From the NCBI GenBank assembly GCA_963524215.1, contig CAURDS010000001.1, forward strand, positions 99,625-163,624: a DNA stretch of 64,000 nucleotides, given 5' to 3'. This DNA is from an uncultured Candidatus Saccharimonas sp. GTDB taxonomy: Bacteria > Patescibacteriota > Saccharimonadia > Saccharimonadales > Saccharimonadaceae. The position numbers were made by a program, and so were the translations under genes. Below are positions 29,974 through 38,187 of the stretch, piece after piece. Position 1 is the stretch's first letter. Every line of letters starts with the position of its first letter. Below the pieces are notes generated by a model that was not told the origin of the DNA, made no database searches, and saw only the letters and a program-made list of their open reading frames with translations.

Positions 29974-32115
29974 TTAGAGCTTTTCAAGGCGTGCGAATTC
30001 AGCATTTAATTTGCGAATTTTGCCGTTTTCGAACTGAATCTCAATCGCCATTCCATCGATTTCAAGTACTTTTCCCACGCCGAAAGCTGGACTTTTTACG
30101 CGGTCGCCAATTTGCAATCCTGCTTCGTCATAATAAAAATCATCAAAAGAAACTTCTTGGCTAAAATCATCTTCGTAATTATCTGAAAAATTATTCCATC
30201 CGCCAAAATCTTTTTTCGGTAATTTCAGCTCGGCATCCGTAATGAATCGGCTCGGGCTTGAATAATTCCTTTGTCCAAAAACTGCTCGCGATTCAGCGTA
30301 ACTTAAAATTAACTCTTCTTGTGCGCGCGTCATCCCCACATAACAAAGGCGGCGTTCTTCTTCTAGATCATCTTCTCCTGCATCAAAAACTCGGCTGTGT
30401 GGAAAGATTCCTTCTTCCATGCCGGCAAGAAACACGACTGGAAATTCCAAGCCTTTTGCTGAGTGAAGCGTCATTAAATTTACTTCATCGCCACTTTTCG
30501 CATCAGTTGAACTCATCAGTGCGGCGTCCTCCAAAAAACTTGCTAAATCTGCGTAGTTTTTTGCCTCACTCACTAATGTGGAAAGGTATTCACTGCGTTC
30601 GGTTGCTTCGTTTTCGGTTAGTTTTTCGTTCTTGCCATAATTTGTGCGTTCCAAAATTCGTTCAATAATTTCGCTCGGGTTTGAAGAATTTTCGCTTAAA
30701 ATTTGACATTCTCTAAAAATTTCACCCAAATTTTCTAAAGATTTTCGCGCCCGCGTTGCTAAAGTTGAAAGTTCGCTTGCTTGAAGTAGGCTTGAAATCA
30801 AATCTAAACCATTCGAACTTTGCCAGTCCAAGAATTTCGAAAGGCTCACCGCGCCCAAACCGCGTGCCGGTACGTTCACAATTCGCTCAAAAGCCACACG
30901 ATCGAGTGGATTATAAATCACTCGCAAATAAGCTAAAATATCTTTAATTTCCTTGCGGTCATAAAAACGTGTTCCGCCAAAAATTTTATACGGAATTTGA
31001 AAACGAATCATCGCTTTTTCGAAATTATAACTTTGTGCATTTGTGCGATAAAGAATTGCAAAATCGCTAAATTTTCGTGCGCCAACAGTTTTGAAACTAA
31101 AAATCTGGCCTGCGATTTTTGCTGCTTCCTCGCTTTCATCTCGTGCACTTTGTACTAAAACTGGCTCACCTTTGCCGAGTTCGGTAAAGAGTTTTTTATC
31201 GGTTCGGTTGTGGTTTTTTGAAATCACATTGTGTGCGGCGTTTAAGATATTTTCAGTTGAGCGATAATTTTGTTCTAATTTTATCACTTTTGCACCTTTG
31301 TAATCGCGTTCAAAATTTAAAATATTCGTAAAATCTGCCCCACGCCAAGAATAAATACTCTGCCAATCATCGCCGACCACGCAAATATTTTGATCAGTAT
31401 TTACAATCATTTTAATAATTGCATATTGCGCGGCGTTAGTATCTTGATACTCGTCAATCAAAATATGCTTAAATTTATTTTGCCAAAATTCACGAACTTC
31501 TTTATTTTGTTGAAGTAGTTTTACCGTTTCGAAAAGTAAATCATCAAAATCTAAAGCGTTAGCTTTGTTTCGTTCTTCTTCATAACGCAAGAAAATTTCA
31601 GCCACTTTTTGTTCAAAACCCCAATTTGTACTGTTCGAAAATTCTTCGGCCGTTAAGAGCTGGTTTTTAGCATTCGAAATTGCGCTTGAAACACTTTGTG
31701 GCTTTAAGCTTTTTTCGTCGATTTTTAGATCTTTCATTATTTTTTTAATTAAATTTCGGCGATCATCTTCGTCATAAATTACGAAATTATTCGCAACACC
31801 GATTGCCTCACCTTTGAGCCGTAAAATCTTCACACAAATTCCGTGAAAAGTTCCCATCCAAGGCATAAAAAAACGGTCGTTTGCGTTTCGATCAAGTAGC
31901 TCAGCAAGTCGCTCACGCATTTCTCTCGCAGCTTTGTTGGTAAAAGTTACCGCCAAAATTTCCTCGCTCGCTACGCCGTGCGCAATTATATTCGCAATTC
32001 GGTGCGTTAAGGTTTTGGTTTTTCCACTTCCTGCGCCAGCCAAAATTAGCATTGGCCCGCTTAATGTTTCTACCGCCTCTTTTTGATTTTTATTTAATCC
32101 TGCCGTAATTTCCAT
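29974..32115 (-). CDS. pcrA: PcrA/UvrD SF1 helicase
   Basis: AGAGSGKT, TFTNKAA, DEYQD, QNYRS, TLHSAKGLEF, YVGMTRA. Confidence 0.95.
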   Translation of the reverse strand: MEITAGLNKNQKEAVETLSGPMLILAGAGSGKTKTLTHRIANIIAHGVASEEILAVTFTNKAAREMRERLAELLDRNANDRFFMPWMGTFHGICVKILRLKGEAIGVANNFVIYDEDDRRNLIKKIMKDLKIDEKSLKPQSVSSAISNAKNQLLTAEEFSNSTNWGFEQKVAEIFLRYEEERNKANALDFDDLLFETVKLLQQNKEVREFWQNKFKHILIDEYQDTNAAQYAIIKMIVNTDQNICVVGDDWQSIYSWRGADFTNILNFERDYKGAKVIKLEQNYRSTENILNAAHNVISKNHNRTDKKLFTELGKGEPVLVQSARDESEEAAKIAGQIFSFKTVGARKFSDFAILYRTNAQSYNFEKAMIRFQIPYKIFGGTRFYDRKEIKDILAYLRVIYNPLDRVAFERIVNVPARGLGAVSLSKFLDWQSSNGLDLISSLLQASELSTLATRARKSLENLGEIFRECQILSENSSNPSEIIERILERTNYGKNEKLTENEATERSEYLSTLVSEAKNYADLASFLEDAALMSSTDAKSGDEVNLMTLHSAKGLEFPVVFLAGMEEGIFPHSRVFDAGEDDLEEERRLCYVGMTRAQEELILSYAESRAVFGQRNYSSPSRFITDAELKLPKKDFGGWNNFSDNYEDDFSQEVSFDDFYYDEAGLQIGDRVKSPAFGVGKVLEIDGMAIEIQFENGKIRKLNAEFARLEKL

Positions 32116-32180
32116 TTTTTGATTATAACAAATTTTCTTTTAAATTTCCATTTTTTTCGAAAATGTGCTAAAATATTTTT

Positions 32181-32669
32181 ATGGAAAATCACGCTTATTC
32201 TGATAAAAATCTTGAAGAATTTTTGCAAAAACATTTTGGTGTTAATTTTGGAATTGAAGAAGTTATTTCGCGTAATCTTTCGGTTGGATATTCAGCCGAA
32301 GCCACAATTTTCAAAAGCAAAAAAGGTCGTGTTTATGCTTTTATTTCGCTTGAAGCTCGTGCAACTTTGGGCGATATTCAATATATTCTTTCAAAAATGA
32401 ATTTAAAACCTGCTTATTTCTTTCCGCCAAGTGGTTTCGAAAACTATTTTTACGACCGTGCCAAGGTGCAATTTTTAGAGGTATTCCCGGGGCGCCATGA
32501 TGTGAAAGATGAAGAATTGCGATATTACAAAAAACGCGTGCTTTATAACCCTGCCCTTGTTGAAATTTCTGAAATCCGTGATGGTGAAATTCGCTGTTTT
32601 AATGCTGATTCTATTGGTTCGTGGCGAACAGCTCAAAGGTATTCTTACAAAAAAATTTTAATGAAATAA
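32181..32669 (+). CDS. Hypothetical protein directly upstream of the pilin locus
   Basis: 162-aa ORF; TGCTAAAAT lies 6 nt before the ATG. Confidence 0.75.
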   Translation: MENHAYSDKNLEEFLQKHFGVNFGIEEVISRNLSVGYSAEATIFKSKKGRVYAFISLEARATLGDIQYILSKMNLKPAYFFPPSGFENYFYDRAKVQFLEVFPGRHDVKDEELRYYKKRVLYNPALVEISEIRDGEIRCFNADSIGSWRTAQRYSYKKILMK

Positions 32670-32709
32670 ATTAAAATTGTGGAAAACTAAAAAATCCTCA
32701 AAAAAATGC

Positions 32710-32738
32710 TTGCAAAATGATTGTGCTTATGGTTTAAT
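32710..32738 (+). promoter_or_regulatory. Sigma70-type promoter of pilin A
   Basis: TTGCAA-17-TTTAAT with extended TG. Confidence 0.6.
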
Positions 32739-32765
32739 GGTTGCATACGGACAGACCGTAAATAA

Positions 32766-32957
32766 AAATAACAACAATAATCGTTCATTAGAAAGGTGGA
32801 TTTTCAGTATGAACTCAATTAATAAAAACAATAAAAAAGGTTTCACAATTATTGAAGTTGTGCTTGTGCTAGCTATCGCAGGTCTTATCTTCTTGATGGT
32901 ATTCTTAGCACTACCTGCCCTACAACGAAGCCAACGAGATACGCAACGAAAGAATGA
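32766..32957 (+). repeat. Left arm of perfect 192-bp inverted repeat (pilin 5' UTR and N-terminal coding region)
   Basis: Base-for-base reverse complement of 33844-34035. Confidence 0.97.
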
Positions 32958-33279
32958 TGCTTCACGATTGCGCGCAGCAGTGACTGACTATACTTCAAAC
33001 AACCGAGGAAAATTACCTTGGGATGGAGGTGGTCTAAATAGCGACTTCATTAGCAAATATATCACAACGAATGATACAACAACATTTAACGATCCTACAA
33101 CAAACTCTAAATACACAGTTAATACTGCTACTGGAGAAACAACTGCACCAACTACACTCGGTGAGATGAAAGTTTCTAACCAAGCTAAATGTGGCACAGA
33201 TGGAGCTATCGTAGCTGGTAGTGGAATTGCCGTTTCTGTTAAGACTGAAAATGGCGTTGCAAACTGCGTTGAAGGTTAG
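32809..33279 (+). CDS. Type IV pilin A (156 aa)
   Basis: Class III signal KKG|FTIIE, hydrophobic helix, C-terminal Cys pair. GAAAGG SD supports ATG 32809. Confidence 0.9.
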   Translation: MNSINKNNKKGFTIIEVVLVLAIAGLIFLMVFLALPALQRSQRDTQRKNDASRLRAAVTDYTSNNRGKLPWDGGGLNSDFISKYITTNDTTTFNDPTTNSKYTVNTATGETTAPTTLGEMKVSNQAKCGTDGAIVAGSGIAVSVKTENGVANCVEG

Positions 33280-33298
33280 TATTTAATCTATAAAACTT

Positions 33299-33332
33299 AA
33301 TTAAATAACTCTCTTTGGGGAGTTATTTAATT
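33299..33332 (+). terminator. Terminator of pilin A
   Basis: AATTAAATAACTC...GAGTTATTTAATT. Confidence 0.8.
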
Positions 33333-33417
33333 TTGTGAAAGTCTATTCTATTCTACTAGCTTTAATAATGAGTTTATTTTAGAATTGCCGGATACTAAAG
33401 ACACATTTTATGCCTAC

Positions 33418-33452
33418 AATAAAACAGCTTCCTTACGAAAAGCTGTTTTATT
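33418..33452 (-). terminator. Terminator of pilin B
   Basis: AATAAAACAGCTT...AAGCTGTTTTATT. Confidence 0.8.
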
Positions 33453-33467
33453 TTATTAAGATTGTAT

Positions 33468-33992
33468 CTAGTTATTTACGCAGTAGAATCCACCAGCTTC
33501 TAGAACTATTCGAAGTGCTACTTTACCTTTGTTTCCTTCTTCTCTTCTCACTCCGTCTGGTTGTGATGGATCGCATACTCCATTTGCTGACCATTCAATA
33601 TCTACATATTTAAAATAATCATTGTATTCTAGCTTGTGCGGAGTTCTGTCATATACTGCATAGTTTCGCCCACTTGGGTCCTTCATTTCTTCGCCATCTT
33701 TGAACAAATAATTTTTCACAAATCCTGTTGCACCTTTATCTTCTTTTGGAAAATCTCCTAAAGTAGCTTCTCCTTGATTGGAAGGTAGTTTTCCTTTATT
33801 GGCGGCTCGATATTCATTTACCGCTGCTAATATTCTACTTAGGTCATTCTTTCGTTGCGTATCTCGTTGGCTTCGTTGTAGGGCAGGTAGTGCTAAGAAT
33901 ACCATCAAGAAGATAAGACCTGCGATAGCTAGCACAAGCACAACTTCAATAATTGTGAAACCTTTTTTATTGTTTTTATTAATTGAGTTCAT
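33468..33992 (-). CDS. Type IV pilin B (174 aa)
   Basis: First 50 aa identical to pilin A; different C-terminal domain with a Cys pair. Confidence 0.9.
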   Translation of the reverse strand: MNSINKNNKKGFTIIEVVLVLAIAGLIFLMVFLALPALQRSQRDTQRKNDLSRILAAVNEYRAANKGKLPSNQGEATLGDFPKEDKGATGFVKNYLFKDGEEMKDPSGRNYAVYDRTPHKLEYNDYFKYVDIEWSANGVCDPSQPDGVRREEGNKGKVALRIVLEAGGFYCVNN

Positions 33993-34035
33993 ACTGAAAA
34001 TCCACCTTTCTAATGAACGATTATTGTTGTTATTT
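33844..34035 (-). repeat. Right arm of perfect 192-bp inverted repeat
   Basis: Reverse complement of 32766-32957. Confidence 0.97.
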
Positions 34036-34049
34036 ATCTGTATGATATT

Positions 34050-34078
34050 ATTAAACCATAAGCAAGATAAAAAATCAA
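34050..34078 (-). promoter_or_regulatory. Sigma70-type promoter of pilin B
   Basis: TTGATT-17-TTTAAT; shares TGCTTATGGTTTAAT with the pilin A promoter. Confidence 0.55.
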
Positions 34079-34092
34079 TATTTTCAAATATT

Positions 34093-35412
34093 TTATTGAT
34101 TTTTAAGTTCCAAAATAATTAAGTTTTCAATATGCGGTGTTCGTGGGAAGAAGTTATAGCCACGAGTGTAAATTATCTCATATTTTTTACTTAAAATTGC
34201 CGCATCACGTGCTTGCGTTGTTGGGTTACAGCTCAAATAAATCACCTTTTCTGGCTCTATCTCAAGAATCTTTTCGCAAACTTCACGGTTCATTCCGGCT
34301 CGCGGTGGGTCAACAATTAAATTTGCACCTTTTTTAATGAAGTCTAAAGCTTTTTCACTTGGTGACAAGATGGCTTTTGCAGTTTTTTCTCGCCCAAGCT
34401 TTGTGATATTTCTTTGCATTTCTTTGACTGCTGGTTCGTTAATTTCGACCAAAGTTAGATCACCTGCACCGATTGTTAAACCAATTGATCCTACACCAGA
34501 ATATAGATCGACTGTTGGTTTTGAAATATCGATGAATTTTTTCATGTCGCGCAAAGCTTGTTCATAAACTGGCAAATTTATCTGGAAAAAGCTCTCGGTT
34601 GCATAATTAAAATTCACACCAAGAACTGAATCTTGCAGATTTTCTTGGTTTTGGCTTTGAATCTTTTTAGTTATCACGCTGGCTGGCGATTTTGGGTTTG
34701 AAAAAATAATCTCAAAATTTTTAAATCCAAGGCTAGTTATTTCTTCTTTCGAAAATGGCTTAAACCTCTCATCTTTTACATAAAGTTGGGCTGAAATTTC
34801 ACCTTTTTGGTTCGCGCGAATTAATAAAGTCTTCAAATCTCGACTTGCAGTTTTTCTATTTCGTAAAATTGCAAGCACTTTTTGGCCTGCTTGGTTGATT
34901 TCTGGAGTAGCTAAACTTGTACCAAAAACTGGGATTTTTCCTTTTCCTCCACGTTTAAAAAACGCTAAATTTAGCTCGCCATCATTTTCATTTTCTTTAG
35001 ATTTTTCCCACCAAAATGAAAACTCCACTTTATTGCGGTATTCAAAAATTTTACCATTAGAATAAAAATCTTCTTGGTTTTTGAGTTCAATTTTTTCTTG
35101 GCGAAAACTTTCGAAAATTAGTGCCTGTTTGGTTTTTTGCTCGAAATCAAAGTTAAAAATCTGCCACGGGCTAGTTGAAAGAAAACTCTCCTTATCTTTT
35201 GGTTCAATTCTCTCGGGCGAACTTTCGAAAATTTCAACCGCAAAACCCTCTACAAAACTCGATTTACTTTTTGTAATTTGAATTTTTGCGGTTTCATTTG
35301 GTAGAACTCCCCAGGCAAAGATTTTTTTGCCATTTTCAAGCGCGCCTAAGGCTTGCCCGCCAGGCGTAATTTTATCAAATTTAGCTATTTCGAACTTAAT
35401 TTTCCGTGCCAT
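34093..35412 (-). CDS. RlmD/TrmA-family m5U RNA methyltransferase
   Basis: YRNK, FFQIN, DLYSGVG, DPPRAG, YLSCNP.TQARD, FPRTPHIE. Confidence 0.9.
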   Translation of the reverse strand: MARKIKFEIAKFDKITPGGQALGALENGKKIFAWGVLPNETAKIQITKSKSSFVEGFAVEIFESSPERIEPKDKESFLSTSPWQIFNFDFEQKTKQALIFESFRQEKIELKNQEDFYSNGKIFEYRNKVEFSFWWEKSKENENDGELNLAFFKRGGKGKIPVFGTSLATPEINQAGQKVLAILRNRKTASRDLKTLLIRANQKGEISAQLYVKDERFKPFSKEEITSLGFKNFEIIFSNPKSPASVITKKIQSQNQENLQDSVLGVNFNYATESFFQINLPVYEQALRDMKKFIDISKPTVDLYSGVGSIGLTIGAGDLTLVEINEPAVKEMQRNITKLGREKTAKAILSPSEKALDFIKKGANLIVDPPRAGMNREVCEKILEIEPEKVIYLSCNPTTQARDAAILSKKYEIIYTRGYNFFPRTPHIENLIILELKNQ

Positions 35413-35414
35413 AA

Positions 35415-36155
35415 TTATTCTATTTTATCAGAATTTTGCCAAAAACGCCATATCTCTAACCACTCTTCACCCTTCAATTCGCTTGGCTTTTTAGTTTTAA
35501 ATTTTGGTTGGCAATTTTTTTTATAAAATTCTGGCACGGCAAACATTTTTTCAATAAAATCATTAAAAATTGGCTGTTCTTCCTTCAAAATTAGTGGAGT
35601 TTCTCGCCGTTTCATTTCGAAAAATACGGTTTCGACAGCTGGTGGTGGTGTAAAATCAGATTTTTGAAGAGGTTTTTTAATTTTACTTTCAAAAAATGGA
35701 AATGTTTTTACACCAAGCGCAGAAGTGAAATTTTTATCACTCACAATTAGTTTGCGGGCGAATTGTTTTTGCAAAATTAAATAAATACTTTTTGGCGAAT
35801 TTTGAGCAGTTGTAAGCTTTTGGATAATCGGCGAACTTAAATGGAAAGGAATGTTTGCGCAAACTTTGTAATTTTTTGGTAATTTCGAAAGATTGAAGTG
35901 CAAAAAATCTGCACATAAAACTTCAACATTCTCTAATTTTTTAGTATTATTTTGAAGTTTTTTGAAAGTTTCGCGGTCAAATTCAATTGCCAAAACTTGC
36001 GCAGACTTCTTGCTAAGAGCATAAGTAAAAACACCACTTCCAGCACCTATGTCTAGCGTAAAATCTCGCTTTCGAATATTGCTGTGCCCAATAAGCATTA
36101 GTGCAATTCGTGGCGAACGCAAGAAATTTTGCGAAATGCGGTGTTTTCGTACCAT
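35415..36155 (-). CDS. Erm/KsgA-family rRNA adenine methyltransferase, Erm-like
   Basis: SQNFL, DIGAGSG, ANIPF, QKQFARK, F.PPP.V; second family member besides rsmA. Confidence 0.75.
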   Translation of the reverse strand: MVRKHRISQNFLRSPRIALMLIGHSNIRKRDFTLDIGAGSGVFTYALSKKSAQVLAIEFDRETFKKLQNNTKKLENVEVLCADFLHFNLSKLPKNYKVCANIPFHLSSPIIQKLTTAQNSPKSIYLILQKQFARKLIVSDKNFTSALGVKTFPFFESKIKKPLQKSDFTPPPAVETVFFEMKRRETPLILKEEQPIFNDFIEKMFAVPEFYKKNCQPKFKTKKPSELKGEEWLEIWRFWQNSDKIE

Positions 36156-37439
36156 CTATTCGTATCTCAAAGCTTCGATTGGGTCTTTTTTGCTGGCACT
36201 GCGTGCTGGTAAAGCGCCGGCCAAAAATGCCACAACTGCAATAATTAAAGTTATAGTTATGCTATTTTCAATTGTAAATTTAGTTAAATTAAATCCTTCA
36301 AGACCTTTCAAGAAATCTTTTGAGGCAAAACTATTTAAAGCATCTCCTGCTAAAGATGCGAGTATAATTCCTAAAATTGAACCAATTAAACCAATCAGAA
36401 TTGCTTCAATACTGAAAAGTTGGAAAATCTTTCGGTTCGAAAGCCCCATTGCTTTCATTAAACCAATTTCACGAGTTCGTTCGCGCACGCTCATGTAAAG
36501 TGTGTTAATAATTCCGAAGCTAGCGGCAAGAAGTGCAATAGCCCCAAAAACAATCAAAGAGCCAGTAATTCCATTTACAACATTCATGATAGTTTCAACT
36601 TGGTCTTTAGCTGTGTTTGCTGAATAACCTGCTTTTTTAGCGTCTTCTTTGATTTGATTTAATTTATCCTCAGTTACTTTTCCTTCAATTTGAGCTAGAG
36701 CGGAAATACTTTTTTCTTTAGACTCTTTTGGTAGGCTTTTTGTTTGAAAGTCATAAATTTCATTAAGGGCTGGTTCGTTAATTGTCACCATTGCTGATTG
36801 AATTAAGCTCTTAGCTGTTACGCCTGAAATTTTTTGAGTAAAGGCTTTAGTCTCGCCAGTCAAAGAATCTGAAACTTGAAAGGTTACTTTTTCACCAATC
36901 GCAGCTTGGGCATTTTTAAAGCCTAGAGGTTCAAGATAATCCTGAGAAATTGTTACCTCATCTCTATTTTTTGGTTTACCCCCAGCTAAGAAATCAAAGT
37001 CAAATTTTTGTCCTTCAACTTCTACTATAACAGATGTGATTGTAAGTTTCTTGCTGTCTTTGTATTGAATATAATCTGGCGTCGCCATTTTATAGAAGCG
37101 GGCATTTTTAACATTTGAAATTTTGTTAATTTTTTCAAGATCTTTAGAATTCAAGGTTTGTTGTGTATATCGCGAATCGGCTTTTTTAGAATCGCCTTCT
37201 TTGTATTCTTGTGGCCCAAAAGCTACGCCATTATCCTGCTTCGGCTTAAAATAAATTATAGAGTCGTCGCCAAAAACCGAAAGCTGTTTTTGGATATAAT
37301 CATTCACGCCGATATTCACGGCAGAAGTTAATGCTATGGTAAAAGAGCCGATACAAACCGCGATAATCGTCAAGAAAGTTCGGCCTTTATTCCGCCATAA
37401 ATTTGATGCTGAAGTTTTGACCATATCTAAAAATTTCAT
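36156..37439 (-). CDS. MacB/FtsX-type ABC permease
   Basis: NLWRNKGRTFLT, SVRERTREIGLMKAMG, PARSASKKDPIEALRYE. Confidence 0.9.
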   Translation of the reverse strand: MKFLDMVKTSASNLWRNKGRTFLTIIAVCIGSFTIALTSAVNIGVNDYIQKQLSVFGDDSIIYFKPKQDNGVAFGPQEYKEGDSKKADSRYTQQTLNSKDLEKINKISNVKNARFYKMATPDYIQYKDSKKLTITSVIVEVEGQKFDFDFLAGGKPKNRDEVTISQDYLEPLGFKNAQAAIGEKVTFQVSDSLTGETKAFTQKISGVTAKSLIQSAMVTINEPALNEIYDFQTKSLPKESKEKSISALAQIEGKVTEDKLNQIKEDAKKAGYSANTAKDQVETIMNVVNGITGSLIVFGAIALLAASFGIINTLYMSVRERTREIGLMKAMGLSNRKIFQLFSIEAILIGLIGSILGIILASLAGDALNSFASKDFLKGLEGFNLTKFTIENSITITLIIAVVAFLAGALPARSASKKDPIEALRYE

Positions 37440-38131
37440 TATTTTTCTCCTTTTGAAACAATTTGTCCGTCTTGAATTCGAATCTGGTGGTCGCATTTTG
37501 CCGCCAAAGATTCATCATGCGTTACAATAATTAGCGTAATTCCGCTTTCCTTATTTAAACCAAAAAGTAAATCCTCAATTTTTTTACTTGTTTTTGAGTC
37601 GAGATTTCCTGTTGGTTCATCGGCGAAAATAATTTCTGGTGAATTTGCAATTGCGCGAGCCACGCAGACACGTTGTTTTTGACCACCAGAAAGATTTGAG
37701 GCTTTATTTTTAGCTTTGTCGGTTAGTTCAACAGCTTCGAGAGCTTTTAGAGCAATTTCTTTGCGCTTTCTAGAAGCAACTCCGGCAATTTTAAGCGGTA
37801 GAATCACATTTTGTAAAACTGTGTCTTTTGGATTCATAAAGAATTGCTGAAAAACAAAGCCAAAAGTTTGGTTTCGAAGTTTATTCAATTCTCGTTTTTT
37901 CATTTTAGCAATATTTTGGCTATTAATTAAAATTTCACCCTCATTTGGTTTGTCGAGCGCTGCTAAAAGGTGCATAAGTGTCGATTTTCCGCTACCAGAT
38001 TTACCGATAATTGCAACACTTTCACCTTTTTGAATGCTAAAAGAAACGCCATTTAGTGCTTTAAAATACGTATTACCATCGCGATAAACTTTGACGAGAT
38101 TCTTAACTTCTATTAAATTACTTTTGTTCAT
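37439..38131 (-). CDS. LolD/MacB-type ABC ATP-binding protein
   Basis: [27 protein letters not shown] overlap with the permease. Confidence 0.92.
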   Translation of the reverse strand: MNKSNLIEVKNLVKVYRDGNTYFKALNGVSFSIQKGESVAIIGKSGSGKSTLMHLLAALDKPNEGEILINSQNIAKMKKRELNKLRNQTFGFVFQQFFMNPKDTVLQNVILPLKIAGVASRKRKEIALKALEAVELTDKAKNKASNLSGGQKQRVCVARAIANSPEIIFADEPTGNLDSKTSKKIEDLLFGLNKESGITLIIVTHDESLAAKCDHQIRIQDGQIVSKGEK

Positions 38132-38187
38132 TAAATTCCTTCCTTATAGCTATTTATTCTACTACTTATGATTTTTCCTGTCAAATT

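Noticed and set aside
32181..32669. ORF beside the pilins as their invertase
   Set aside because: No serine, tyrosine or DEDD/Piv recombinase motif is recognisable. It remains an untested neighbour.
32677..32808. N-terminal extension of pilin A in the ORF track
   Set aside because: The region holds the promoter and SD; the identical copy in pilin B starts at the equivalent of ATG 32809.
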